Positions 1-13,547 are shown, counted from the first letter of the stretch. The stretch: 64,000 nucleotides of DNA from Octopus sinensis (GCF_006345805.1 NC_043021.1:27280001-27344000); one strand, 5' to 3'. Program-made: numbers and translations. The notes: generated by a model from the sequence alone, not told the origin.

Positions 1-240
1 TGAAAGAAGCCTGTCGTGTGTGTGTGTGTGTGTCTAAGGATGTCCTCCTCCACCGCTTGGCAACTGGTGTTGTTGTGTTTACATCATCATAACTTAGTGG
101 TTCTGCAAAAGAGACCAGGTTTCAAAAAAACACAAAATAAGTGCTGGGGTCAATTCATATGACTTAAAACTTCTTCAAGGCGTTGGCCCCAGCATGACCG
201 CAGTCTAATGACTGAAACAAGTAAAAGATAAAAAGATGAA
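1..240 (+). mobile_element. tRNA-derived SINE family A, 3' part (truncated by window start)
   Basis: Matches the 3' half of the full copy at 17830-18236 (gcaaaagagacc...ccagcatgaccgcagtc...tgactgaaacaagtaaaaga). Confidence 0.85.
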
Positions 241-243
241 AGA

Positions 244-283
<40 letters not shown>

Positions 284-284
284 C

Positions 285-620
285 GTGCCGGTGGCACATA
301 AAAAGCACCATCCGATCGTGGCCATTGCCAGCCTTGCCTGGCCCCCGTGCCGGTGGCACGTAAAAAGCACCACCTGACCGTGTCCGTTGCCAGCGCCGCC
401 CCGACTGGCCTCCGTGCCGGTGGCACGTAAAAAGCACCATCCGATCGTGGCCATTGCCAGCCTTGCCTGGCCCCCATCATCATCATCATTTAACGTCTGC
501 TTTCCATGTTGTCATGGGTTAGACAGTTTGACAGGAGCTGGTTGCTGAGGAGGCTGAACCAAGTTCCAGTGTCTGTTTTGGCATTCTTTTTATGGCTGGT
601 TGCCCTTCCTAATGCCAACC
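285..620. repeat. RTE 3'-UTR hairpin repeat units (+) abutting an RTE tail fragment (-)
   Basis: Three gtgccggtggcacgtaaaaagcacc units, followed by the reverse complement of the (GAT)n-tailed end seen at 20990-21149. Confidence 0.75.
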
Positions 621-859
621 ACCTAGTAGACTGTTGAAGATGAATGACACTGCTTGGGTTCCTCTCAGTTTCCATCTACAAAATCTACTCGCTAGGAGTT
701 GGTCAGCCCAGGGCTATCCTAGAACGCACTAGGTTGAGGTGTGATGCAATGAGACTGCAGCCATGGTTGGGAAGCCAACTTCTTAATCATCCATCTGCAC
801 CTATCGAGAGATGGATCTCCTCTCTGCTCATTACATGATCTTACGTTAAGAAAGAGCAT

Positions 860-1282
860 CTCTTTTACTCTTTTATTTGTTTCAGTCATTTGACTGTGGC
901 CATGCTGGAGCACCGCCTTTAGTCAAGCAAATCGACCCCAGGACTTATTCTTTGTAAGCCTAGAACTTATTCTATCGGTCTCTTATGGTTTCTCTTTTGC
1001 CGAACTGCTAAGTTACAGGGACGTAAACACACCAGCATCAGTTGTCAAGCGATGTTGGGGAGACAAACACAGACACACAAACATATACACACACGTACAT
1101 ATATACATATATATACATATATACGACGGGCTTCTTTCAGTTTCCGTCTACCAAATCCACTCACAAGGCTTTGGTCGGCCTGAAGCTATAGTAGAAGACC
1201 ATTGCTCAAGGTGCCACACAGTGGGACTGAACCTGGAACCATGTGGTTGGTAAGCAAGTTTCTTACCACACAGCCACTCCTA
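860..1282 (-). mobile_element. SINE family A, full length
   Basis: Reverse complement of 17830-18236, including the tRNA-like head, the ccttgggcaagtgtctt CORE-like segment and the internal (TA/TG)n. Confidence 0.9.
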
Positions 1283-1331
1283 TGCCTACATTAAACATTG
1301 ATGTGCAAAACTGTCCATTTTTCTATTTCAG

Positions 1332-1461
1332 ACCAAAGACGGAAGCTGGAACGGTGAAGGTTGCTAGTTCTGAAAATAAGAAACCTAAAATTACTTTACC
1401 GATGTTTGGTAAAATGAAAGGTCTTCATGTACCGAAGATTCCCAAAGTGTTTACTGTGGAT
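1332..1461 (+). CDS. SLC4A1AP: Kanadaptin (SLC4A1AP-like) internal coding exon; upstream exons lie outside the window
   Basis: Acceptor ttctatttcag at 1321-1331 and donor GTGAGT at 1462. Translates PKTEAGTVKVASSENKKPKITLPMFGKMKGLHVPKIPKVFTVD; LPMFGKMKG resembles the LPLFGAMKG motif of vertebrate kanadaptin (recalled). Confidence 0.85.
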
Positions 1462-2002
1462 GTGAGTATTCAATGTTAGATTTTTTAACCATGTTTCTAT
1501 CATTTATCTTTTTATCTGGTTGAATTTTTTTAGTCAAACAAATCGACCCCAATACTTCTCTTTTTTAAGCCTGGTACTTATTCTGTTGGTCTCTTCTTCT
1601 GAACTGCTAAGTTATGGGGTTGTAAACACACCAACACTGGTTGTCAAGCAGGGATGGGAGACAAACACACACACACTTATGACAGGCTTCCTTCACTTTC
1701 CATCTACCAAATCCACTCACCTGCCTTTGGTTGGACTGAGGCTATAGTAGAAGACACTTGCCCAAGGTGCTGCACAGTGGGACTGAACCCAGAACCATGT
1801 GGTTGGGAAGCAAGCTTCTTACCACACAACCATGCTTGTATATTTCTTTAAAATTTGACAGTTACTACTGATGATGAGGTGTGAAGGATGGGCCTTAACG
1901 ATACGAACTGGGTAGATTATGACTGGGAGCAGAGGGACCCAGGATTGTGGGTGGAAGGATGTAGCACAAGTGTATGTGTATATATTTCTTTTATTTTGAC
2001 AG

Positions 2003-2279
2003 TTACCAGAAAACCTTGAAAAGGTATCGGATGCCGATGTAGAAGAAGAAGAGGAGGAAGAAGATGATGATGAAGATGACAACAATGAGAAGAAGATGGA
2101 ATGTGATGTGGATGCTGAAAAGAAATCACTTGGTAGCAATAATGGTAAAGCAAAAGACCTCAGTGAAGCTGGTACCTGCAAGAGCAAGGATGTTCTTCCG
2201 ACCAAGTGTCTGTCTTCGAAGGATTCCTCCTCATCCAAGCGTGTCATCACAAAGAAAATTCATTTACAAACATCCACAG
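2003..2279 (+). CDS. SLC4A1AP: Kanadaptin exon with acidic tract
   Basis: Acceptor ttttattttgacag ending at 2002 and donor G|GTAATT at 2280. Phase 0 start matches the previous exon. Translates LPENLEKVSDADVEEEEEEEDDDEDD...KIHLQTST; kanadaptin has a poly-E tract after the LPxFGxMKG motif. Confidence 0.85.
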
Positions 2280-2758
2280 GTAATTAATTTATACTAATTA
2301 AGCACAATAAATAGGGGAAGAAATTCATTTGTGAAAAAATAAAAACAAATAGAGGAAAACCCTGAAAGGTCATTGTTGTCATCATCATCATCATCAACAC
2401 TACCACATTCGTCATCGTAGACATCATCATCATAATCATCACCACCACCACCATCATAATCATCATCATTAACATCACCATCCCCATCATCATCATCATC
2501 ATCATTGTCTTGATGTTTGCTTTTTCTGTGGTAGCATGGGTGGGATGAAGCTTCTTTCAAGGCAGTATTCTATGGCTGGATGCCCTTCCAGACATGGCAA
2601 CCCTGTCTTGTTTCCCAAGTAATGAAGTAAGGTACTTTTCATTCTGTGGCTTTGCATGTTGAAGTACTTCAACGTGTTTGTTTATGGAAGATGAGAAGAC
2701 CACCACCGCTGAAGGGGTGCTAGTGTGAAGGCACATGGAAATAAACACACACACACAC

Positions 2759-2794
<36 letters not shown>

Positions 2795-4418
2795 TGTAAC
2801 TGACTTCCATACATTTTCTTTCTTCCAAATTTTATTCACAAAGTAAGTAAAAGTGGCGTTAGGAAGGGTCTGGCATTAGGAAGAGTTTGGCCTTAGTAAG
2901 GGTCTGCTATTAAGAAAGGCTTTTCTGCCCAAAATAATGCCAAAACAGACAGTGAAGTCTGGTGCAGTCTTTTGGCCTGTCAGCTCTGGTCAAACTGACC
3001 CATGCCAGCATGGGAAATGGACGTTAAAAGATGATGAAAGTGCATTGAGCAGAAATGATGGAAATTACTATTTAAGGTTAATATTTGTGATTGGCAGAAT
3101 TATCAGAGCATTGGATGAAATGCCTTGTGACATTTAGTTACGGCTCTTTGTGTTCAGAGTTCAAATCCTGACAAGGCCAACTTGGCCTTTAATCCTTCCA
3201 GGGTTGATAAATTAAAGCATCAAATATCAGTCAAGTACTGGATCAATGTAATCAACTAAATTCTTTCCCTCAACATTGCTGGCCTTGTGTTTAAATCAGA
3301 AACAGTTATGTAAGACTTGGTTACAGTAAGTTCACCGTGAAGAAAGTTCACCATGAGGAAAGTTTACTGAGAAAATATGTCCATAGTATCTCACCATTAA
3401 AAGTCAAAGACTATCTTCTTGAAAAAGGGATTGAATTGATGATGGTGAACTTAGCAGACATTGTAAGACTCTGCCAGTCTTTCTTGCTTCGAATAAGTCC
3501 ATGAAAATATCATTTTGACTTTCGGAATTCTAACTGCATCTTTATATCTTGTTAGCTTTTTAATGCTCCACTCTTTAAATATCTGGAATAGTAGACTTAA
3601 TCAGATATTTGGGTTAATAACACCTCTTTGTTTTGGGGTTACTAGTGCAACCATAAACAGTGTGGTTGGTTGCCTGATTAGGATGTTCACTGTGGGGTTA
3701 GCTTAACTTACGACTACTTTATAAAGATAGATAAAGGTTTGGGGAGTTTACTCTGATGCAAGTATTTAGAACAAGTGTCTGATGTAGAGGTTAAATAGAT
3801 ACCTTGATGTTCGTTTTTACTGCTTGTCTTGCTCTGCCTTGGGATCTCACACGGGAGAAGAAAAGGGGATCCTTAAAGGCAACGTTTAGGCTCACTCTAA
3901 AAACGGAGACACTACTTCTTCACATTGAAAGGTCAAAGCTCTGGTTCTACAAATGTGTGGGAAAAATAGATTCTTCAGGCAGGACCAATTGGTAGGAGGC
4001 CTTCCAACCATCCAACCCATGACAGCATGGAAGGCAGACAAACAATGATAAATGATAGCACTCCAGTTTGAGGATATTTAGTTTGGTAGCTATACTATAG
4101 CAAGTAGAAGTTATGTACCTTGTTCAAGGATACACCACAATCGATGTCCTACAATTTGGAGGAGCTGCCTCGTGGCTAGTAACCAAGCAGTTTCACTGGA
4201 CAGATATTGTGTGTGTGTGTGTGCGTGCACAGATGTTGTATGGTTAAAAAGTTCACTTCCCGAGGATGTGACTTCAGGTTCAGTTCCACTGCATGCCACC
4301 TTGGGCAAGTCTCTTCTACTATAGTCCCAAACCATCAAATGCCCTGTGAGTGAATTTAGTAGACTGAAACTAAAAGGAGGCCATCATGCATATATATATA
4401 TGTGCGTGTGTGTGTGTA

Positions 4419-4454
<36 letters not shown>

Positions 4455-4455
4455 C

Positions 4456-5033
4456 GAATGAATGGATAAATTAAAGAAATACATTTTGTAGGAGGAGTTA
4501 ATAACTTATTATTTATTAATTACTGTTTGCTTCAGCCCAGTGTAGTTTGCTGTTTCCCTCTTTCTCAAAGGCTGTCATTACTTTCGAGACGGTACTTTTT
4601 GATACACCAAACGTTTCAGCTGTTTTCGTTACGCTAGCACCTGCCATACGAGCACCAACAATTTGATCTCTTTGAAAGTCCGATAGATCTGTGATTTTAA
4701 TGAATTTTAATTACCTTTTTCTGATGATATCTGAAACGAAACAGCAATTTTAGCAAAACATATTAAGCAACACTAATAATAAATCAAAAAACATAAAAAT
4801 AAGCAAGCTTTTGATGGTTTTATTAGATACATTATTTACATTATTTACATTTGATGGATATTTGTCCTCATCTTGTTTGTTGTCAACAAAATGAGGACAA
4901 ATATCCGTTAAATGTAAATATTGCAAATAATGTACATAATTCCTCATCTCTTTAATATAGAACTGTTTTATTAGATATTTCAAAATTATGATGCTATGAT
5001 GCCAGGTGTTTCCATTATTTTGTCCAACCCCCG
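4456..5033 (-). mobile_element. Internally deleted Tc1-family element
   Basis: Terminus TA-cgggggttggacaaaataatggaaacacct at 5033. The minus strand 4520-4695 encodes TDLSDFQRDQIVGARMAGASVTKTAETFGVSKSTVSKVMTAFEKEG, a Tc1 HTH. The other TIR was not found. Confidence 0.75.
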
Positions 5034-5043
5034 TATGTATATA

Positions 5044-5243
5044 TACTCTTTTACTTGTTTCAGTCATTTGACTGTGGCCATGCTGGAGCATTCCTTTAGT
5101 CGAGCAAATCGACCCCGGGACTTATTCTTTGTAAGCCTAGTACTTATTCTATTGGTCTCTTTTGCCGAACCACTAAGTTACAGGGATGTAAACATACCAG
5201 CATCGGATGTCAAGCGATGTTGGGGGGAACAAACACAGACGCA

Positions 5244-5310
<67 letters not shown>

Positions 5311-5490
5311 AGACACACAGACACACACATACAATGGGCTTCTTTCAGTTTCTGTCTACCAGATCCACTCAAGGCTTTGGTCGGCCCGAGGCTATAGTAG
5401 ACACTTGCCCAAGGTGCTATGCAGTGGGACTGAACCTGGAACCATGTGGTTGGTAAGCAAGCTACTTACCACACAGCCACTCTGATGCCT
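5044..5490 (-). mobile_element. SINE family A, full length
   Basis: Reverse complement of the 17830-18236 consensus, with an expanded (AC)n. Confidence 0.9.
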
Positions 5491-5764
5491 ATATATACAC
5501 ACACACACACACATATACACATTCACACACATACACACATACAAGAGTTGCGGGGTGGAGTAGATAAGATCCAGGCTACACATGTTTCATAGTGAGCGGA
5601 ACCGCAGGGCCTTGGAAGTGGTAAATATCCAAGCGAGGTGTATACTGCAGGCTCCTCTTCAGGCCAAGGACATCTTGATTAGATGAATGTTTACAGTGTT
5701 GCAAGGAGCTCCATGTTAACACATGGAAGAGATTCAATCAGAATGTGTAAGACACATATATTTA

Positions 5765-7043
5765 TTGGGTCATCCATAAATAATGCGTTTTTTTTCAATT
5801 GCATGATCTAAAAGTCAGAGGAGGATGGGATAAACTACCTGCATCAGCTTTCTATAAAAGCAGGTAGTAATTTGATCTTTTCTTATTCCTAGTACAAGTT
5901 TTGATGAGTGCAGTTCGATTTTAACAGTTATTTTTTTAAAGCCGTAATGGAAGTGGCAAAGGAGTATATTCGCCATATTTTGCTTTATGAGTTCAGTAAA
6001 GTCAACAATGCAACGGAGAATGCAAGGAATATTAATGCCGTATATTGGGATCGGACAACAAGCGTAAGCTAGTCTCAACGGTGGTTCCAGAAATTCCAAG
6101 CCAGAAACTACAGCATAGAAGACGAGACTCGTCCTGGAATATCTGGAGAGTTCCACGAGGACATCCCGAAAACCGTGGTGGAAGAAAAGCCATTGTAACT
6201 GTCGAGGAACTAACAGAGAAGCTTGGATTTTGTCATTCAACCATTCATCAACACCTCCATACCATTGGAAAAGTCAGCAAATTGGATCAGTGGGTTCCTC
6301 ACAAACTTTCTGAGTCTAATTGCATGCAGAGTGAATGTGTGCTCTTCTTTGCTGTCACATCTCATGAATGAACCCTTTTTGGACCGAGTAGTGACCGGTG
6401 AAAAGAAATGGGTTCTCTATAAAAATTTCAAGCACTGAAGATAGTGGGTAATGAAGGGAGAAACACTGGCACCCCAGACTGAAAAAAGGTCTTCACCCAC
6501 ATAAAGTGTTGTTATCTGTTTGGTTGGATATGAAAGGTTTAGTCTACTTTGAACTTTTAAACCCAAACCAAATGATAACAAAGGAGATCTACTGTGGGCA
6601 GCTTGAGCGGCTTAAGTCAGCACCAGAAGAAAAATGACCATCTTTGGTTTCAAGACCAAAGGTGATCTTCCATCAGGATAATGCTTGACCACATACAGCG
6701 AAGATGACATTTCAAAGGCTGGAGCAGTTTGAATGGGAAACGATGCCCCACCCACCATATTCGCTGAACATTGCCCCATCTTATTATCATTCATTCTGCA
6801 GTCTTCAAAATTATTTAGATGGAAAAAATATGAATTCTGTAGAGGAGTTCAGAACAGTACTGGAGGAGTATTTTTCGTTATGTGAATTTTGGAAGATGGG
6901 CTTTGCAAGTCTACGAGATAGATGGAAGAGCATTGTAGAAAATGAAGGAGAGTATAGTTTAGATTAAAAAAGAACTTTGTTTATCTTAATTTTGAAAAAT
7001 AAAATAAGTATAAGATAACCACATCATTAATGGGATGACCCTG
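5765..7043 (+). mobile_element. Decayed full-length mariner (DD34D-type) transposon
   Basis: Imperfect TIRs ttgggtcatccataaataatg / cattaatgggatgaccc. Transposase remnant 5947-6967 has MEVAKEYIRHILLYEF, RVVTGEKKWVLY, HQDNA*PH and HPPYSLNIAPSYYHSF, interrupted by stops and frameshifts. Confidence 0.9.
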
Positions 7044-7540
7044 CATATGTATGTATAGATATGTATTTATATTATATGTGCTAGCACCACATAAAGCACA
7101 TCAGAAGGAAACATGGTGCAAGTCTCCTGTTTGCCAGCTCTGGTCAAACCGTCCAACCCATGCCAGCATGGAAAATGGACATTAAATGATGAGGATGATC
7201 ATATGTGTTTGTGTGCATGTGTTCATGATTGTTTCCTTGTCTTGACATCACACAATAGTCTTCCATGGAAACAGCCAGCCATGAAGAAGTTTTATCTTGC
7301 TTGTAAACAGGTGAAGGTTTACCAGCCAGGTAATATTTCCCCGAGGCCAGAAGACGGGACATGAAGGACACTGCATGTGTCCTTCATGGTAAGATTTGTT
7401 TACATAGTCGTGCATGCATGTAGAGAGAGGAAGAGAGAGAGGGAGGGAGAGAGAGAGACACACACACACACACACACACAAACTGGCACTCTGTTGGTTA
7501 TGGCGACAAGCATTCCAGTTGATCTGATCAGCCGAACAAC

Positions 7541-7760
7541 CTATTTCTTTATTACCCACAAGGGGCTAAACACAGAGGGGACAAACAAGGACAGACATAG
7601 GTATTAAGTCGATTACATTGACCCCAGTGCGTAACTGGTACTTAATTTATCAACCCCGAAAGGATGAAAGGCAAAGTCGACCTCAGCGGAATTTGAACTC
7701 AGAACGTAACGGCAGACGAAATACGGCTATGAATTTCGCCTGGCTTGCTAACATTTCTGC
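7541..7760 (-). mobile_element. tRNA-derived SINE family B
   Basis: Reverse complement of ...gttctgagttcaaattccgctgaggtcgactttgcctttcatcctttcggggttgataaattaagtaccagt.... The same family recurs at about 10765-10995, 12620-12760, 15115-15330, 17215-17410 and 58370-58510. Confidence 0.85.
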
Positions 7761-8055
7761 CAGATCGCCGCCTTTCAGCGGAACAACCTGCGTGGAAAAT
7801 GCGCAAGTAGCTGAGCAATCCACAGACACCTGTACCCTTAACATAGTTCTCAAGGAGATTCAGTGAGATACAAAATGTAACAAGCTTTGGCCCTTTGAAA
7901 TACAGGTACTACCCATTTTTACCAGCTGAGTGGACTGGAGCAACGTGAAATAAAGTGTCTTGCTCAAGGACACAACACACTGCCTCAAATTGAACTTACA
8001 ACCTTATGATCATAAGTAAAATACCCTAACCACTGAGCCATGTACCTTCACTACA

Positions 8056-8116
<61 letters not shown>

Positions 8117-9164
8117 ATATATACACACACACTAACTTAAAAGCTGCCCTATGGTGCGATTTTTGAGCTAGCTCCTGTGGAGGGCTCTTCATTGCACCTT
8201 GAGCCCAACAATGACACTTCATGCATTGAGTATATATTAAATTTTATTAAACTTCACCAATTTTTTCAAGCAATGAACAATTTTCATCAAAACAATATAA
8301 TTTGTTGACTTGGAACTTATTGCAAAGCTGCATGATAAACAACAATTTTTTTTCTTCGCAGGGGTCAGTACAATTTTTTTTTCTGTTTTACCTCTTTCTT
8401 TCTCTCTCTCTCTCTTTCTGATGATTGTTTTCAACCATCACCATTACCACCATCACCACCACAACTGCCACACACACACACACACACACACCATTCAGAC
8501 TTCTGATGTCACCACCATCAATACCTTTGACTTCACTGACTACCTGACTGCTTCAGCTACCACCACCACCACCACCTCCACCATCATTACTGTCACCTCC
8601 ACCTCCTTCACAACTACAGCTCATACTATTACTATCATCCCATTACCATCACAACCATCAATCTACTACCGTCTCTGCCTACTATTACTCTCACCCCAAC
8701 ATGAGCAATAGTAGGAGTGTCAATAAATAGTAAGAGAGTGGGGTCGAAGTGTGACACACTGACACACAGAAATTAGATTTCACATTTATTATATTAGATA
8801 TAGGTATGGCTAAGTGGTTAAGCAGTTGGTGTGCTTATGTCTCTGTAACTTAGCAGTCTGGTAAAAGAGACTGATAGAATAAAAATATAAGTACTGGGGT
8901 TGATTCATAGCTGCAGTCTAAGGACTGAAATTAGTAAAGGATAAAACACATACACGCATCCATCCATATGATGGGTCGCAGGTACATTTGGGTGGTAAAG
9001 GAATTTGGTTCCTAATCACATGGCATTAAGTTGAATCTCACTGTGTGATACCTTGGACAAGTGTCTTCTACTAACAGTACCAAGCCAACCAAAGCCTTGT
9101 GAGTAGATTTGGGAGATAGAAACTGAAAGAAGCCCATCGTATACATAGGTATAATAATATATTT

Positions 9165-9906
9165 CGTTTTTGTATTTGGTTTGCAAGATTTGTCATTGAC
9201 ATTTAACGTCCGCTTTCCATGCTGGCATGGGTTGGATGGTTTGACTGAGGGCTGGTAAGCCAGAAGGCTGCATCAGGTTCCAATCTGATCTGGCAAAGTT
9301 TCAACAGCTGGATGCTCTTCCTAACTCCAAGAGTGTACTGGGTGCTTTAACCCTTTAGCATTTAAACCGGCCATATCCGGCCAAAAGTATTCTGCCTGTT
9401 TTATGTTCAAACTGGCCAGATCTGGTCTCTCACACCAACCCTACAATGTCGTTTTAAAAATTAACAGCTACCTCATCAAAATCTCAAAGCTACAAGATAA
9501 TGCATGATTAATTCAAAGCAATGAGGATGAAAAAGAATTAGTTTTGGTCGAATAATGCGAACACTAAAGGGTTAATGTGCTACTGGCACAAGGGCCAGTC
9601 ATGCAGTACTGGCATCGACCATGCTTGAATGGTGCTTTATGTGAATTCATGTGTTGAAGCATATTTTGTTGTGTCTGGGGACAGTGATTCTGTTTTAATG
9701 CCTAATTAATTAACACACTCACTGGTTCAATTTCCACTCATTTACTTATTCTTTTTTCTTTTCTAAAATTTTCATTACTTCTTGCAACCTCTTCAATAGT
9801 TGTTGGAAAATTGTACAAAAAAAAAAGTAAATGAGTGGAAATTGAACCGGTGAGTGTGTTAATTAATTAGGCATTAAAACAGAACGACTCTCCTCAGACA
9901 CAACAA
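9165..9906. mobile_element. PLE-type terminal repeat (-) with inverted partial copy; interrupted by an RTE tail fragment and a piggyBac MITE
   Basis: About 80-bp inverted arms at 9666-9745 and 9825-9906. Hammerhead-like motif on the minus strand at 9763-9799. Same family as 41805-41990. Confidence 0.6.
9351..9571. mobile_element. piggyBac-type MITE
   Basis: TTAA target duplication at 9347-9350 and 9572-9575; TIRs CCCTTTAG / CTAAAGGG. Confidence 0.85.
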
Positions 9907-12300
9907 TATAGATATATACATACGTACGTACGTACGTACATACATACATACATACATACATACATACATACATACATACATACATACATACATACATACA
10001 TACATAAATGTGACGTCGTCATCGTTGTGGTGGTGGTAAAAGATGTCCTTTACAATAGGTGACTAAGAGGAAAATGATAATCTTAACATATTTGACTCAA
10101 GTTCAATATAACAAACAACTTTAAATTGTTGTTAAAGTATGCACATAAGTGGAGTGTGGACCTACTATTTTGTACTGGGTTCAAGTTTTAATGAAGTCAA
10201 ACCAACCAGTGATTATTTTGAAATTACTTAATACACACTTTTCAGCTCTATGTAATTAATATATGATATGAAATGCTTCCATTAGGTAAGACCTTGCTCA
10301 GTTAAAAGATTTCAAAATATTTTGAAATCTTTTAACGGAGGAAGTTTTATGTAATGGCTGCATTTCCTGTACGTCAGGCAATCCTTTCAAAAAAAGATTT
10401 CAAAATATCACTGATTGGTTTGACTTCATTATTACAACCACCCTCCCCACACACGTATATGTGTAGGTGTGTGTAAGTGTGTGTGTGTGTTTTTTATCGC
10501 ATTGTCCTTACATTGGTTGGTAATTGTAAAATGATTGCCACTGTCACATAAGCCCGTATAATTCATTTTCAGAATTCTGCAAAAGCATGTCTGGCCACGG
10601 GACAGTATTACTTCATTTGGCAACAGGTGAGGGTTGGTGACAGAAAGGGCATCCAGCCGTAGAGACAATCTGCCTCAATAAACTCCACCTGGGCCATGCG
10701 AGCATGGAAAAGAGGATGTTTAAATGATGATAACAAGGATAATCAATAAGCTCTTCCCAGTTTCTTATTTCTTTACTACCCCCAAGGGGCTAAACACAGA
10801 GGGTACAAACAAGGACAGACAAACGGATTAAGTTGATTATATCGACCCCAATGCGTAACTTGTACTTATTTAATCAACCCCGAAAGGATGAAAGGCAAAG
10901 TTGACCTCAGTGGAATTTGAACTCAGAATGTAGTGGCAGACGAAATACCGCTAAGCATTTCCCCTGGCATGCTAACGTTTCTGCTAGCTCGTCGCCTTCT
11001 CAGTTTCTGCTTACCAAATCCACTCACAGGACTTTGGACAGCTTGGGTTTGTAATAGAAGACACAAGATGGCACACAGTGGGACTGAACTAGAAAACAAG
11101 TGGTCAGGAAAGCAATCTTTTTAATTGCATGTCTGTGCCTGCCCTTAATCATATAACATCGCTTAATGAGTATATAATTATGTAATGAAATTCAGTGGCT
11201 GTTCCCAGTCTTTTAATTAACTTAGAGCTGGAAAGCATTTCATTATGCTTCATTGGATTTCAACTTCCTAATTGGCTTTGTAATTGGAGTGTGTAATTAG
11301 GAGCTGGAATGTCTAATACAACATTGAAACAAAAAAAAAAAAGACTAATGCAGTTATTTCAAAGAGGCTGATGGAATAATAAGCACCAGGCTTGAAAAAA
11401 AAGGTCCTTGGGTTGATTTGCTCAACTGAAACCCTTTGACCCCTTAGCTCTCAGATTACTCTGTTAAATGTAAAGGGTAAAGGCCCCTTTTGGTCATGAA
11501 CAACCATAGGATTGCACCTAGAAAGTTACCCTCTGAATCATAAATCTGGGCAGATATGTTTATGGAAAACCAGCAGTTACCCATTCATAGCAGCCGCCCT
11601 TCTCTATGCTGCCAGTGTTATCCAAGGGAAAGGCAAAGGGGGTGGGGTCACGAAATTTTCATACAACTGAAACGAGAGACCCAAAAGGATAAGGTTGAGA
11701 AATGCTGTTATAGATTATGCCTAACCAAAAGCAATCGCAGTCACATCATCCAAACAGACCGGGTGAAACCGGACTTAGCTGCTAGTCTACCTACATAAAA
11801 GAGAGTTTGTATATGTGTGCGTGTGTGTATGTTCCTTATGCATTCCAAAACCGAGTTGCTGTTATTGACGTAATGGATATCAAAAGATTCAGTAAGCTTT
11901 CGGCTACCAACTAAACTATATTTTCATTCATTTATTTGCGTTACAAAAATTTAAGATTATCATTTTCCTCTTAGTCACCTATTGTAAAGGACGTCTTTTA
12001 CCACCACCACAACGATGACGACGTCACATTTTCTATATGTGTTCGCGTGTTCGTTATGTACGTTAAGCCGATGACTGACAAGTGTATGTGATACACACAC
12101 ACACACACATACGCGCATCTAAAAACAGAGACACACAAGGACAGAGATTGGCCTCACGTATGCATTAATGTATGTATGTGTGTCTCTTACTTTATGTAAC
12201 TCCCCCCACCCCTCCCATCGTTTTGCTGTTTTCAGTATTATCAGTTCTGTGAGTGTGTGTGTGTTTCTGCGTTCATTATGTCTATAGTACACTATAGTAA

Positions 12301-12600
12301 AGAACATTTTATGGTGTTTCAATGAGCCCACATCTAATGAGGTAGCCATCCTTTTGATTGGTGATCTCGATGAAAATCATGATATTCTCATTCGTGTTCA
12401 AATGACAACCTTAAACGTGTTTCACAGACTCATCCCTCTTATGATGCTCTCCAGTATAATCTCATTCTGTGGAATGGACAAGATGGGTATTTTTTCAATA
12501 TTCCTTGGATTGAACCTACAACAGGATAGCCAATTACAAACAAAAATGACTTCTATTCATACCAACCGATGTTAAGACCAGAACAATCAAATCATTTCTA
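12301..12600 (+). pseudogene. Helitron Rep/helicase fragment
   Basis: Frameshifted FNEPTSNEVAILLIGD...RVSQTHPSYDALQYNLILWNGQDGYFFNIP...DFYSYQPMLRPEQ resembles the Helitron FNAPTxxEVA / HPSYDALQYPLLF motifs. Confidence 0.8.
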
Positions 12601-13496
12601 CTATAGGCTCAAGGCATGAAATTTTCAAACCCAATGCTACTTAATTTATTGACACAGAAGGGATAAAAGGCAAAGTTGACCCCAGCGACATTTGAACAGT
12701 CGAAATACCGCCCAAGCATTTTGCCCAGCATCTGAACGATTCTGCCGCTTGCCGCCTTCCAGAAAAATCAAATCAGTTACACATGTCAAATAAACTTTAT
12801 TTTCATTTACATATTTTCTATGTTATCTCAACAACCAGCTATAGTTATTTCAAATACGCTTCTCTACAACCACCACGGTTTCATTAGAAAGTGAAAATAG
12901 TTTCACACTTTCAATTTGAACCAAAATTATAAAGTGTTGCATTATGGGAGTGACGATGTGTGAATAATAAAAGTAATGTTTCTCCAAATTAAAGAAAGTT
13001 GCTTATTATCTATCCACAAAATAAACTATGTTTTTGACTCAACAACTCTTTTTTACAACTAAAATAACCTCGGCAACTAGGTTGAGTCGCACAATTTTGA
13101 GTTCATTTTCACACAATATTTTGATTTGCTTGTAATGTATCGCTTTCGTCTGATGTTTCACCCATGAGTAGAATTCTACTCAGACAAACATTTATGGAAA
13201 TGTACACATAAATATTTTATTAAAATAAGCCACAACCAAAAACATTGCATTAAAAGATATCAATGTTTCTATATGCTATGAGGAAATAGCACATTTCCTC
13301 TCTCTCTCTCTCTTTCCCTCTATCTATCTATCTATATATCTATTTCACACGCACACAAAAGATGTATGCATATGTATTTATGAGCGAAGGTCAAGAATAT
13401 GCACCCCCGATATTTAAGGTTAAGATTACGCAGAAAATAGTTGGTGTGCATATTCTTTACCTCCACCTATTTATGTACGTGCATATAAAAGATAAT

Positions 13497-13547
<51 letters not shown>

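Noticed and set aside
8740-8798. Helitron-like 5' end (A|TCTAATATAATAAATGTG on the minus strand)
   Set aside because: No convincing matching 3' hairpin plus CTAG was found, so the element was not annotated.
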